This document shows, in pieces, positions 39,602 to 54,400 of a DNA stretch of 64,000 bases (position 1 is the first letter of the stretch; each line of letters begins with the position of its first letter). Position numbers and translations under genes: made by a program. The DNA comes from Octopus sinensis (taxonomy: Eukaryota): assembly GCF_006345805.1 (NCBI RefSeq), contig NW_021831852.1, forward strand, positions 2,373 to 66,372. The letters run 5' to 3'. The notes below the pieces were generated by a model. The model was not told where the DNA came from, did not search any database, and saw only the letters and a program-made list of their open reading frames with translations.

Positions 39602-40794
39602 GTTAGTATACTTTATATTTCTGACCTCTCATTCTCTTTTTGTTTTCCTCTTGTTCTTTTTTTATACCTCTCATTCTCTCTTTTTGTTGCCTCTCTTTCT
39701 CTCTCACCCTCTCTCTCACGCACATGCACACACACTCAACCTTTGTCGGGTTGTCTGACATAAACATTCTCAAATCCTCTTATGATATGTCACGTTTCAA
39801 ACGTCTATACCTGTAGACTATACAGACACTACACAAGACTGCTTACTCTTTGTAGGTATTTGGTCAAATCAGAATATTGTATGTTGTCTACTACGAACCA
39901 AGTGAAAAGGATGTTGTCTAACCACAGAATATAGATATCTCTACGTTAAATTACAAATAGGGGCTGGACTGAAAACCACCATGGCGATCATGAATTTCAG
40001 GCTGACCAGCTTTGGATTGTAGATATCAAATACCGAGGCCGCAAACTGGTGATCAAGTGTACTGGCTACGGATGGTGGTATTGTACGTGAGTTACCAGAG
40101 CTGAAAAGTGGCCACTTGACTATCTTTAACTAGAGTGCCCAATGATCGTAGGTGTGGGCTAAATTTAATAGAGTCTATTAGAATTGATGACAGTGACTGT
40201 AAATTTTTAATGAAATGAACGCACAATGTAGAATGAGGACTGGACAAGCCACATACTGTAACTGATGGAAAAAGCTAAGGACTTTATTCATTAAGTAAAA
40301 TAGAGAGAAACTAAATATTAGTGAGAGAACACAACAGAGTACAGAATGCACTTCTATTCTTCTCCGCCTCACCGAAATCGTCCTATCGCTAAAACCTTGC
40401 TCTTTTCATGCACCACATCACCTCATTAATTATCCAGTATAACTTTGTAAGGTAATTCCGAAACTTCCAATTCAAAACTGCTGCTACAAACCTCTTCCCC
40501 AATCAACCTCACGTTCCTTAAAAATGCTCTGTATCTGCTCTTTATAAATCCTACACGTATCCTTTATCGATCGCCGACTCCATCACCAAAATATCCCCGT
40601 TCACTCGTGAACACATTTTCCATTTCGGATAAACACGAGTACATGCGTTACCGAATTCCTTTCTTTTTCTCCTTCAATTAACATCCTCGCAAAACACATC
40701 CCCATGCAAACTTACATAATAATCCACATCGTATCCCCAAATACTTACCCGTATACACACAACATATATATACATATACTTACATATATAATAT

Positions 40795-40846
<52 letters not shown>

Positions 40847-41815
40847 ATATATTGATTCAGATGAATATGTTACTTAAGGTGATTAAAATTAAAATAAGCA
40901 ACGATGATATCCAGAGATAATGCAGTACGTTCGTTTCATGCAACACCAGTTAATTGAACAATGCAATCATTACATCAGTTTAAAATTTAGAGCAATCCTC
41001 GGCTGCTAAAAGACGTAGCATTTAATGAAATTAGAACAGATGGACACATTTGTATAATTATACCTAAAATCCCCAAGAAATTACATAGAACATGTTGTCT
41101 CTACTTCAGCATAGCAGTTACTAAAATTATCAAGAAGACTCAACTTACCATTGATTTTTTGTCTTTATGGGGTCAGTTTTAATTGTTTAAAAATCCTTTC
41201 TATATCTAAGGCTGAGAGAGCATGGGGCAGTATCTGTTAGGGGGAGGGATGAGGGAGTAGATATACATTCTAGTTAGTATAATTATAAAAAAATCAAGAA
41301 TCATTATAAGCAATACCATGAGGTTTAGTAAGGGAAAACTTAAAACAAGATGTTAGCTGATAATTAAGGGGGTCGCACACTGGCAGACTATTGACAATGA
41401 AACGGAATGTCTTATCATATATTATAGTTAAATATTTTAAACAATGTTGCTATGAATACAGTTGAAGTTTAGGGTTTTCCAAAGGATTATTAAGAAGAAT
41501 ATTATAACAAAATGATAGAAATTGTTGAATACTTATTGTATTCATAAGTATTCATAAATTTCTTGATAATTTTATTAACTTCTAAGTTGAAGTAGAGACA
41601 AGCAGTTCTTTGTGTATCTCCTTAACTTCTGGAGATTTTAGGTATAATTATACTAATGTCTCAATCTGTTTTAATTTAATTAAATTCTATGTATTTGTGC
41701 AGCTGAAGATTCCTCTATATTTTAAATTAATGCAATGATTGAATTGTTCAATTAAATGGAGTTGCATGAAACAATCGTACTGCATTATCTCTGGATATCC
41801 TTCTTGCTTACTTCG

Positions 41816-41863
<48 letters not shown>

Positions 41864-42055
41864 GAGAATGCAAATGCACATCTAGGATTTCATGCATACA
41901 GCAACACTGCTTACACTCACATAAGCACTAACACATACACCACAATTCGTTCACACGCGACTAAACATGACTCCTTTTAAGGGTCAAATTGTAATGAATA
42001 TTTCCGTTATTTTGCTTAATATCTTTTTTACTTGATATATTCTTACCAATTCTAG

Positions 42056-42551
42056 GTGTGGTTGGTGGACAACATCAAACCCATACTGGTGGCGGAAGCA
42101 ATCTGTTGTGTTTACCTAACGATCCCATTTGGGCCAATTATACTACAGAAGTTGAAAAAGGTGGTTACATTTATGGCAGTGAATATGAAATATCCCACAA
42201 CTCGAATAAACTCTTTTCTTTTGCTAACGCTAAATCACTTCATGATCACAACGTTCCGTGCGCGGTCTGTTTGACACTACAACCTGCTGTTGTTATGATG
42301 TTACCAGCCAGGACACAGTGTTACGCTGGTTGGACAGCTGAATATTCAGGATATTTGATGGCAGAACATTATGCTCATAAGGGCAGACATGAATATGTGT
42401 GTGTGGATTATGCACCAGAAGCTGATCCAGCTGGTTACAGAAACGAAAATGGAGCTCTATTTATTTCGTTCAGGCTGCTTGTGGTTCGTGGCCATGTCCA
42501 CCGTATGTCAATGGCCAAGAATTAACCTGCGTTGTGTGCAGTAAATATTGA
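42056..42551 (+). CDS. Copy C exon 4, collagen C4-like domain, with a -1 frameshift at ~42461
   Basis: ORF 42058-42525 is homologous up to NENGAL; CTATTTATTTC vs CTATTATATTTC in B; the homologous stop TGA is at 42549-42551; AATAAA at 42662. Confidence 0.88.
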
Positions 42552-44115
42552 ACAGAAATTAAATTCGGTTCCATATGAAAATATGTCTGTGAATTACAAT
42601 AAATAACATAAAATTTTAATTGTGTTACCTAATATTTTCTTTAAAGTATGTCTATCGTTACAATAAACTGTTGTACTAGTTTACAGAAGATATTCAAACA
42701 ATACAAAAGAGGCGACGTAGAATGCCAGAAATATCCTCAAAAACAAGAAAAATCTAAATCTGTCGAAATGATTCTAGAAAACATTTTGTAAGATTTCAGT
42801 TTATCAAACTTATCGTTGAAATAAAATGTTATTTTGTTTAACAGTATTTTGTCTTCTGTCTCATGATTCAACAAAACCCCAAATAAAGTACCACCATAGA
42901 ATTACATCAGCTTTTCATGCACAGCCTTAGAAAATCTAATCCTCGACGCTACTATCTCAGACATCTTGGTTTTCAAATTACAACTCGGATTGTGACAAGG
43001 AGCCATGAACCGCTACATTACTTAGCACAGAACTTAACTGATTCTTTCAACAACAACCAGATACTTCCACACAATCCATTCTATTTGCCGTTATTAATCA
43101 GGAAAGCTTTCCGTTCTATTCCTACCCCATATCTTATAAAACCTATTTATCGTCTACTTTAGAAATATTACAAAATGTTCAAATTAAGCTTTCTGAGAAT
43201 GTGGAATTTACACGATCAATCCCTCAAAAGACAGTATAAATGAGTATTGGTCCTGCCAACCTAAATCTATATCACAAAATTCCCACCTCTCTTCAAGATA
43301 AGATACAAAATGAAACTCGAAGAACACAACATACACATCATATACTAAACGCTGATATACAAGAATAAGAGATGAAATCAACCAGAGAAATTGCCTCATT
43401 TCAGCAGTAGAGATCATCAAAGACGACGATTTCTTTCACTCATCTACGTAAACATACCAGACTCGAAGAAAGGATGGATCCTAGAAGCTGAATACATTTC
43501 ATGCGAAACGAATACAACACCCATAAAAGTTAGAGTAAAGAGAGCAAATATAGTCAGGGCAAGCACGGATGCTGTGTGTAAGAAGGCTGAGATGTTGTGA
43601 CCGTCACGTTATATCCAATAGGATTCATGACAGTATGTTGGAGTGTGTCGAATATTTGTTAGATAAACGAAGGTTTCGGTTAACAACATCAAGCTGCAAT
43701 AAAGATTAAAGATTATTAATGTTTACTATCCCACTATTATTAGTCTGATAGGTAAATCTGCATTCGTTTCTCTAGATTACAAATATTTTCCTGGTTGTAA
43801 ATCGTAAACAATTGCAGAGAATACGGACGCTGGTAGATCTTCAAATTCATCTTTTGATTCAGCGGCATAATTAGACAGTTAAAACGACCGCCATGTGTTT
43901 AAGCTGTACAGAGCATGCGCAGCTGCATATGCAACCCGCCATTACAATAGGAAAAATTATGGGACTTTGTTGAAATCTGACATGGCTGTAAGATTTATTT
44001 TGTAGCTTATTTCGAATTAACCTTATTTCGAGGGCCAAACCGAGAGTGTTACACACACACACACACACACACACACCACACACACACACACACAACACAC
44101 ACACACACATACCTT

Positions 44116-44151
<36 letters not shown>

Positions 44152-47100
44152 TAAATGTGGTCAAACTATATCTGAGGGGTCTAATATGCTTCATCAAAGA
44201 AAATTTTATCATAACTATGGAATTCCGTCGTACATATGCAGCCCATACGGAAGGTACACTTGCGAATTGAGTTTCAAATGGGAGACACTGTACCTGTATG
44301 TTTTGCTATGATTTATAAAACAAGAAGAAAAGTATTCAAAGCTAGTGATAATGACTAGCTAAAAATATGTATGAAAGTCATTATTCGGTTTTAATAGAAT
44401 ATTTCTGGCCAACAGAAAGGACACGGATTCTAACTTAGTTCCAAGTATCATTCATTGGAATTTCAACAACATGAACAGGATATTTTTGTATGTATGTATG
44501 TATGTATGTATGTATGTATGTATGTATGTATGTATGTATGTATGTATGTATGTATGTTGTATGTATGTATGTATGTATGTATGTATGTATGTATGTATGT
44601 ATGTATGTATGTATGTACGTATGTATGTATTATGCATGTATGTATGCATGTATGTATGTATGTATGCATGTATGTATGTATGTAAGCATGTATGTATGTC
44701 AGGTCACTTTCGTGTGCTACTGGTAACATGTAACCCAGTACAACCTGTTGCATTGTCGGGTCGTCGGCGACCAAATCGGCAACCACACTAAGCTTGCTTG
44801 GTGAGGAGGGAGTTTATTGGACACCCTGCGGGATGAAAAACAAAACCCGTCAAAGAGCGGAGGAACTCTTGAGAATGAACGGCCATCCAATATATGTGTT
44901 AAGGCTGTATCATGCGCGGGGAAATAGAAATAATCGGACTGAATACCCGATCGCGCGGTTAAACCATTGGGAGTGAAGGACTCCTAGACTTTGTTAGGGC
45001 ATCCTTCTAGGAGAAGGATACTCAGGTAACTGGGATGACTCCGATATAAAACCTGCGGTTCAGTGGTTACCGATGATGTTAACTTGTTCTTCTTTTCGGA
45101 TTATGGCTGCTGTTGCTTAGTGACTGGGATTGACACAGTGCACAGCCTTTCCTCACTATAAAAAAAATCTTCATGCACAGGCATTGCAAGATAACAACAT
45201 TGATGAAGCTTCGTGCAATGGCCCTACTCGATGACGAGGGAGCAGCCACCAAGTATGTATGCATGCATGTATATATGTAAGTATGAAAGTATGTATGTGT
45301 GTATGTATGTTGTATGTATGTATGTTGTATGTATGTATGTATGTTGTATGTATGTATGTGTGTATGTATGTGTGTATGTATGTATATGTGTGTGTGTATG
45401 TATATATGTATGTAGTTAATTATGTGTGTATGTTTGTATATATGTATGTATGGGGGGTATGTATGTATATATGTATGTATGGGGGGTATGTATGTATATA
45501 TGTATGTATGGGGGTATGTATGTATGTATGTAGTATGTATGTATGTATGTATGCATATATGTATGTATGTAGTATGTATGTATGCATGTATGTATGTATG
45601 TATGTATGTATGTATGCATGTATGTATGTATGTATATATGTATGTACGTATATATGTATGTATGTATGCATGTATGTAGTTCAGGTCACTTTCGAGTGCT
45701 ACTGGTAACATGTAACCCAGTACAACCTGTTGCATTGCCGGGTCGTCGGCGACTAAACCGGCAACCCCACCAAACTTGTTTGGTGAGGAGGGAGTTTCTT
45801 GGTCACCCTGCGGTATGAAAAACAAAACCCGTCAAAGGGCGGTAGAACTCTTGAGAGTCAACGGCCATCCAATAAATGCCTTAAGGCTGTATCATGCGCG
45901 GGTACATAGAAATAATCGGACTGAATACCCGATCGCGCGGTTAAACCATTGGGAGTGAAGGACTCCTAGACTTTGTTAGGGCATCCTTCTAGGAGAAGGT
46001 AACTCAGGTAACCGGGATAACTCCGATATAAAACCTGCGGCTCAGTGGTTACCGATGATGTTGACTTGTTTTTTTTTTCGGATTATTGCTGGTGTTGCTT
46101 GTGAGTGGGATTGACTCAGTGCACAGCCTTTCCTCGCTTTAAAAAAAAACTTCATGCAGAGGCATAGCACGATAACAACATTGATTAAGCTTCGTGCAAT
46201 GGCCCTACTCGATAACGAGGGGGCAGCCACCAAGTATGTATGTATGTATGTATGTATGTATGGATGGATGGATGGATGGATGTAAGTATGTGTGTATGTA
46301 TGTATGTATGGGTGGGTGGAATTGGAAGGTTTTGATTTTGATATTCACATAAAACTTTTCTAATCCGATTAACGCTTGTTGTGAAGAATCCAATCCGAAC
46401 AGCGGACTTCATTAGATTAAGACTTGCGATTACTGTGTGGGTTGAACGAAATACTTCCCACTCTGAATATTAAAACAGTGTGTGAGTGTGTGTGTATGCG
46501 TGTGTTTGAGTGTGTGTGTCAGTTTGTGTATATGTGTGTGTGTCAGTGTGTGTGTGTGTCAGTCTGTGTGTGTGTGTGTCAGTGTGTGTGTATGTCAATG
46601 TGTGTGTGTGTGTGTGTCAGTGTGTGTGCGTGTGTGTGTGTGTTAGTGTGTGTGTATGTGTGTCTAAGTGTGTGTCTGTGTGTATGTGTCACTGTGTGTG
46701 TCGGTGTGTGTGTGTGTGTTTGCGTGTGTGTGTCTGTGTGTGAGTGAGTGTGTGTGCCAGTGTGTGTGCGTTTGTGTGTGTGTGTATGTCAGTTTATGTG
46801 TGTGTGTCAGTCTGTGTGAATGTCAATGTGTGTGTGTGTGTGTCAGTTTGTGAATGTGTGTATGTATCACTGTGTGTGTGTGTGTGTGTTTTCCAGTGTT
46901 TACGCCTGTGTGTGTCAGTGTGTGTGTGTGTGTTAGTGTGTGTGTCAGTGTGTGTGTGTCAGTGTGTGTGTGTCTGTTTGTTACTGTGTGTGTATGTCAG
47001 TGTGTGTGGGTTTCAGTGTGTGTATGTGTGTCAGTGTGTGTGTGTGTGTGTGTGTGTGTCTTTGTGTCTGTGTAATTGTTGATTGAACGAATATTTCCCA

Positions 47101-47489
47101 CACTAAATATTAAAACAGTTTCCCAAGAATAACAAATAAAATTAAATAACAACATTAGTAAATAAATATATCATAATATATCCAGAAACAGGAATCTTTC
47201 ACTTTACACGTGTCTCTCATTCATCAAAATATTTTGCTAATTATTGTGTGACAATATCAAACCATCTCTTCCAATAATTAAACCTGTCAGACAAGTTCAC
47301 GCCCACTTTTACAGTTCCACCAATCGCATTGGTTCATAAATTTACGATAAGATCTCTGCCAGAGCTGGGTTGTTGTGCGCTCAATAAAATACGTGGAATT
47401 CAGTACAGGTCTTCAGCTTAAACTCGCATCTCGATCTTTTGTGTTGAAGCCACACGAAGTATCACGTACGACCGACAACTGTCACCAGA

Positions 47490-48050
47490 ATGGATTTCGC
47501 ACAACTGTCAGGAATATTTCGCAGCGTTATTCCATTTCTTCTCTCTAGCTTTTGGGGTTCTTCTCGTTCTGACGATCGTGATTCTTCATCAAGATTCAAG
47601 AATAGGAAAAATGGAAGAGAAGTCGAAAACGGTAAGTCATGGATTTGTGTTAATATATGTATGTCTTTATGTATTTATATATGATGTATGTATGTATGCA
47701 TTTACGTATGTATGTATTAATATGTGGATGTATGTACGTACGGATGGATGGATGGATGTAAGGATGTATGCATGAATCACTTACATATGTTCCTATGGAG
47801 CACACACACAAATAAGATCACACACGTAATCACACACGAACACACAAGCGCACACACCCAAACCATACATATATATACATATACGTATAGTTGTAATAAA
47901 ATACATATATATGAATATATTAGTGCCTGAACATATATAGATATATATATACAAACATATATATGCGTCTGTGTTCTATCACTGTATCTCTCTGTCTACT
48001 CTCTCTCTCCTCTTTCCAGTTATCTATATAATATATATATATATATGTGT

Positions 48051-48092
<42 letters not shown>

Positions 48093-48367
48093 CGTGTTTG
48101 TTTGTATATAAATATATTCTTTTACCCGTTTCAGTCATTGACTGCGGCCATGCTAGAGCACTGCGTTTAGTAGGACAAATCGACTTCAGGAATTATTCTT
48201 TGTAAGCCTAGTGCTTATTCTATCGGTATCTCTAGCCGAACCGCTATCTAACGGGGACGTAAACACAGTTGGAATCGATAGCGGTGCGGACAATAACAGC
48301 ACATACCTTAAAAAACATAGATACATACACCTATGTGTGCTATACACACACACACACATAAATCAAG

Positions 48368-48402
<35 letters not shown>

Positions 48403-51400
48403 CATTATCATATATACATACACACATATATAGTACGTATGTATGTACATACATATCTATCTATCAATCTATTTATATACTACATATCTATCTATCTATG
48501 TATATATCGTCTATCTATCTATCTATCTATTTATCTATCTATCTTATATCTATCTATCTATCTCTATCATATATATATATATATATAATATATATATGTG
48601 TGTGTGTGTGTGTGTTGTGTGTGTGTATGGATATATATATATATATATAATATCTATATATATATACATATACACACATCCCAAGTAAACACAAAGAAGA
48701 GTGCAATTGTACTCCTATCCGATCGCTCTTTCCCCAGACATAATCCTGGAGAGGGAAATAAGTGCGTAATGAAACAAAATCTAATGGGGGGTTCTAGCAT
48801 GGCCATGCCCTGTCGCTGCAACGTTTAGCCCTATTAATATTAGTGTTAAGTATTTATATCTAGATGTACACTTACACACCACGCACCGAAACAGACACAT
48901 ACAAACAAACACACACACGCACACATAGGAATACGTACATATTTACACACGTTATCGATTCTCTCCATCAGGACGGAAGTGAGGCGAGTTTTTTTGAATT
49001 TCTTTCCAACTGAAAATAAAACGTGGCGAGTGCAATGTAGATCGGTGAATTTCGTAATGTTTGACTGTAATTCACGTTGGTTTTTATATATGAAATATAA
49101 GAACGTATGTAAATACATAACACACAGAAACACGGACAAACACACGCACAATAAACACAAACACACACATACGCACGCACACAGACACACGTGCTCAATT
49201 GTACACCAACAATCACACTATACAGTGTATGTCCACTCACATATATGTGTGCGGTTGTGTGTGTGTGTGCGTATAACTAGATACGTATTTTGTGATATTT
49301 ATGGTGTGTATGCTTATGTGTACGTGTATACCTATATATTGATGTGTTTATATATATATTAATATATATATATTATATATATATATATATTTATATATTA
49401 TATATATATGTATATATTATATATATAATTATATATATAATATATATATATATATATGTCTGTTTGGAGGCGAGTGGCCCAGTGCTTCGGGTCGCGGACT
49501 CACGTTTTAGGATCGCGATTTCGATTCCCAGACTAGGTTTGTGAGCACTCTTTCGCTACAACTTTCTCCCTTTCTTCTCTTGACCTGCTCGCTTAACCAG
49601 CGGGCTGGCGTCATTTGAAGGCTAAAACAATGCGAAGCGCATTGTGACCAGCGATATGTAGCAACAACTGGTAGCTTGGTCTGTAACGGTGATCACGGAG
49701 TTTATGTATACACGCACACACACACATACACACGTACATACTCACACACCAGCACAGATGCCCACATATACCTTTAACGAACAATAATCATACAGATACG
49801 CCACACACTTATACACACATGGGCAGAGACACACACGCACATTCACGTACTTAAGCGCACACACGCTCACAAGCACACGCACGCACATTACGACCACACA
49901 CAACTCCAAAAACCCTCACACACACACGCATGTACAAATTCACAGAAACACCGATACATATACATACGCACAATATATGCCTACACGCGCACACACAATA
50001 CACATAAAGTATAAACACATATAGACACAGACACCAAAACAAACCACGCACGCAAAACTCACAACCCCACGGATACACGTATATACACCCATATACGCTT
50101 ACACACATACAAACTCACACGTACACGCACACACAACTACACTCACATACGAGACGCATGCACATACAAACCACACACACAAATGAACCCACATACGTCC
50201 CATACACACGGCACACAATTATACATACACGCACAATTATACATACATGTATACTCGCATACGCACAAATATTCGCCACCACCCAAACGCTACGCATACA
50301 CACACATGCACACACACATACATACACACACACTACAAGCAAAACAACACATGATACGTATACATACACACACACACACATACTTCAAACAAGCAGTACC
50401 TACAACTTGACCTGTGGTAGAGACAAAGGAGCCACGCCCAATTCCTTCTTCCTGACCTTAACACTACTAACCCTACAACACGCAAAGATTAACAGCCACA
50501 ACCACACACACACATACACACACACATGCACATACACATACACGTGTCATCATTGCACACATACACACATACACACACACGCACACGCAGACCTCCACAC
50601 ACTCTCTATCCACACTTACACACACATTCCTCTTCCTCTACCACTATTCTGTCTTTGAAAAGAACTTATCTTCACCCATTTCCTTCCGGTCATTCAAAAT
50701 GTGGCCGCATGTGTACAGTTGGCGATTTTTTCCTCTGTCTTCCCTCCTCTGGATCTTTCCTTCTTGTATGTTTCCGACGAAGAAACTCCACCGAAACGTT
50801 AAACCCTCTTTCTTTCCTTATTTCCTGAGCGTCCAATAATACTATCTTGTTCCACGTCCTCGCGTCGTTGTACTTTGTGCTGTCATGTTTGGATTAAATT
50901 ACCTATATATATGTATACATGTGTATGTGGTGTATATATATATATATATATATATATATGTAGAAATACGTGTGTGTATATGTGTGTGTGGTGTGTGTGT
51001 GTGGTGTGTGTCTGTGTGTGTCTGTGTACTAGCAGACATACCCGGCATTGCTGGGGATTCAAATGGCAAAAGTTGGTATATAGTATATTCCAGTCATTTT
51101 GAAACAGGTGATATTGGAAAGTGCAACGTTGACAATAAAACATTTGTAGAGTAAATGCTCGGATAATTCGACTAAGCAACATGCTATGCGTCCGTTTGGA
51201 GTGTTTCAGGCACTAACCTGTCATACAAAATTGGATGTGGGGTTTGTGTGATTTTTGAACGCACCGAAAAACTGTCAGTGGGTATACTCTCCTTTGCAAG
51301 CAGTGTGCGCTGTGTGTAACACGAACTATCATCGGAAATTTTGACACCTCACGTCGGGTGTTGTCCTCCATCACTCATATAGTAAATTTGGAGGAACTGT

Positions 51401-54400
51401 GGTTGTTCATTCGCGGGTACCAGAGAACCAATAGGCGATAGACTTGCCCTTGAACTTTGACGTCGGCGTAAATCATGTTATCTATCTTCTTAGATTCACC
51501 AAACGATGTCATTTGAAATGCTGAGTTGTATTGTCTGATTGTTCAGAAAATCCTTTGACCGGATTGAAGCGCCTTCTAGAAAATTCCTAAGGGGTTGAGA
51601 TGGTGTAGTGTTGGCAATGTTAACTGTCCTAATATGTAGTCATCTTGCACTGTTTCAAGTTCTAAACGATAATAAATACCCTGAAGTTCTATTTATATGA
51701 TGCTATTTCTATTTATTCACAGAACCGTTTCATCTCCAAGAAATCTCTCGACGAGAAAACCTGATGACACACCAAGTAAGAACTAATTTTATAGCTAAAG
51801 TCTTTTACCCGTGCTCCTTAACCAATGATTTATAATTTCACCAACTTTGAATTAATTCCACATTACTATCCATATGTCCACAATAATATATACTAAGACA
51901 CTTGCCTGAATTTATTTAAACTATGTTCTACTTTACAAGAATTCCCTAAAAATAATGTTTATTCTAATATACTATGCCATTTATTGTGTGTATATGAGTA
52001 TATCTGCAGTGCTACGTCGAGAATTGTTTCGGCCCGCACGGTTCCTCTGAGGGAGCTCTTTGCCGAGTGTCCTAGGCGGCCGGTACATTCACTGTGAAAA
52101 AACTGGAGTGCTCAGAGCGAGCCCCACCGGCTTCATACGATAAGCATAGAATGCTCTCTTCATTTGAGAATCAAATGCCCCGAGCTGGCGCTTCAGTGCG
52201 TTTATATCTACAATCAGCATTCTGTCCACTCTGTGTTTCCAATCATTCGTGAATAGAGACCCGAAATAATGATGTTCCACCTACACAGTGCATATTTGTC
52301 AATCCTGCTTGGGGTACTCGGCAGCCAATCAATTCAGTGCACGTTGTTGGTGACAATCAGACAATTTAGGTAGCAGCATGTCGTCCACAAATAACAGTCG
52401 ACCGATCACGTAGAGATTAATTGGGATACCTCTTCCACAATGGCTGCGCATATTCAACCGGATCACAAAAAGAATATGAGAGGGGCACTAACAATGCACA
52501 CTTCAACTAAGTGAAACTTCACGTTGAAAGCTTTCGACTTTTACAGAAATACAAACATTTGAACATCCATATAGGTACTTTATGGCACCATGATTTGCCC
52601 ATTAAACTCACCTTCCTGGAAAACCATCCAAACATGACCCAGGGCACTGATCGTGGTTTATAGCGTTTAAACTTTGGAAATATTTTTGTATTTGCTGGAA
52701 GATCTGTTTTGAACGACTATCTGATCAGGTGTACCGCGTGTCGGACGGTAATCTTGGGCGCGACAATTTCCTACATATCTTTTCTTGACATCTAGTGTAG
52801 ACATTTCTATAATTCGACACGCTCCTTGGTCTCTGTCCGAAGAAATTGTGATTGTCACCCTATATTTCATTGCCTTGGTATTTTTTCCAGAGGTCCCATC
52901 CACCTAGCGTACATGGGACACTCAGAGAATACCATCTGTATTTAAGGTTTCTAAAATATCAAGCCGAACCTGCTTATCACCAGCAGCTATATCACTTTTA
53001 AGTGAGTTTAGCTCAAATAAGCCTTCAACCGAAGAAGAACCTGCCGAAAAAATAATACAATCACGAATCCATTTCGATGTCCAACTTCATTCAGGTGGGT
53101 CACTCTCAATTTGGATGCAAAAGTCGGACAAACGAAATTTTTTAGAGCAGACATTTATTATATCTTACAGGCAGATTATATCTAACATTCAGACAGTTTA
53201 ATTCTCAATTATTAAAGGTTGTTCCTTCTTGATCTGCTTTGGGTCCTGAGAGCGTCATTTTGTGCTCCAGGCCAAACACCCCATATTTAGTTCCAGGCTT
53301 CATGCTGGTTTCACCGGTATTGTGTGGGGTGTGTGCTATATTTATCGAACGGACTCCTCTACTCGAGATCCGGATGCGATGTCTTTTAACTAAATCGACA
53401 AATGATGCGGTATGGTTGTTAATTTAGTATTGTAGTTATGATGGCCTTATATGCGCCGAGCTCCAAACTGATATTTATAATTGACCGATGAATATTCGCA
53501 CCTGCCGAATATTTTATCATTGTTCTATTGAGAAGTATATATACTCATACCCAAGTTTACGTATCATACATACATCCGTTCATAGCGGAGACCGATACAG
53601 ATTCTGATATCTGAGATTAATCTCTCAAATCTTTGACATCAACGTCACCAACAGGCTCAACAGAAAAATGTCTTCTTTCTTTCTTTACAATTTATTCTGA
53701 TTATTTACCATCTTTCGTTCTGACATCATTCATTCACTCGTTCTTTCTTAAATTCTATATTTCTCTCTTCTCCATCAATTCCTTCCCATCCAACATCCTA
53801 CTTTGTAAATGATCCCCAATTCTTTCTTTAAAACTACATTATTTCATTTTAATTCACAGAACCCGGTCTCGGATCATTGTATACCGGTGGGGTAGAACAA
53901 CATGTCCTCCTTATTCAAATCTTGTATATGACGGTTAGTATACTTTATATTTCTGACCTCTCATACTCTCTTTGTCCTTCTCTTGTTCTCTTTTTAGACC
54001 TCTCATTCTCTCTTTTGTTGCCTCCCTTTATCTCTCACCCTCTCTCTCAAACACACGCACACAAACTCACCCTTTGTCGGGTTTCTAACATAACTTCTCA
54101 AATCCTCTTACGATATGTCACGTTTCAAACGTCTATACCTGTAGACTATACAAACACTACACAAGACTGCTTACTCCTTTGCGGGTATTTGGTCAAATCA
54201 GAATATTATATGTTGTCTACTACGGACCAAGTGAAAAGGATGCTAACTGGTGATCAATTGTACAGGCTACGGATGGTGGTATTGTACGTGAGTGACTAGA
54301 GCTGAATAGTGGCCACTTGTCTATCATTAACTAGAGTGCCCAATGATCGTAGGTGTGGGCTAAACTGAAAAGAGTCTATCAGAATGATGACAGTGACTGA

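Noticed and set aside
5584-51032. Whole unit as a giant Helitron amplified by rolling circle
   Set aside because: Head-to-tail Helitrons need CTAG followed by TC; here the minus strand reads CTAG|TACACA. Unequal crossing-over explains the array more simply.
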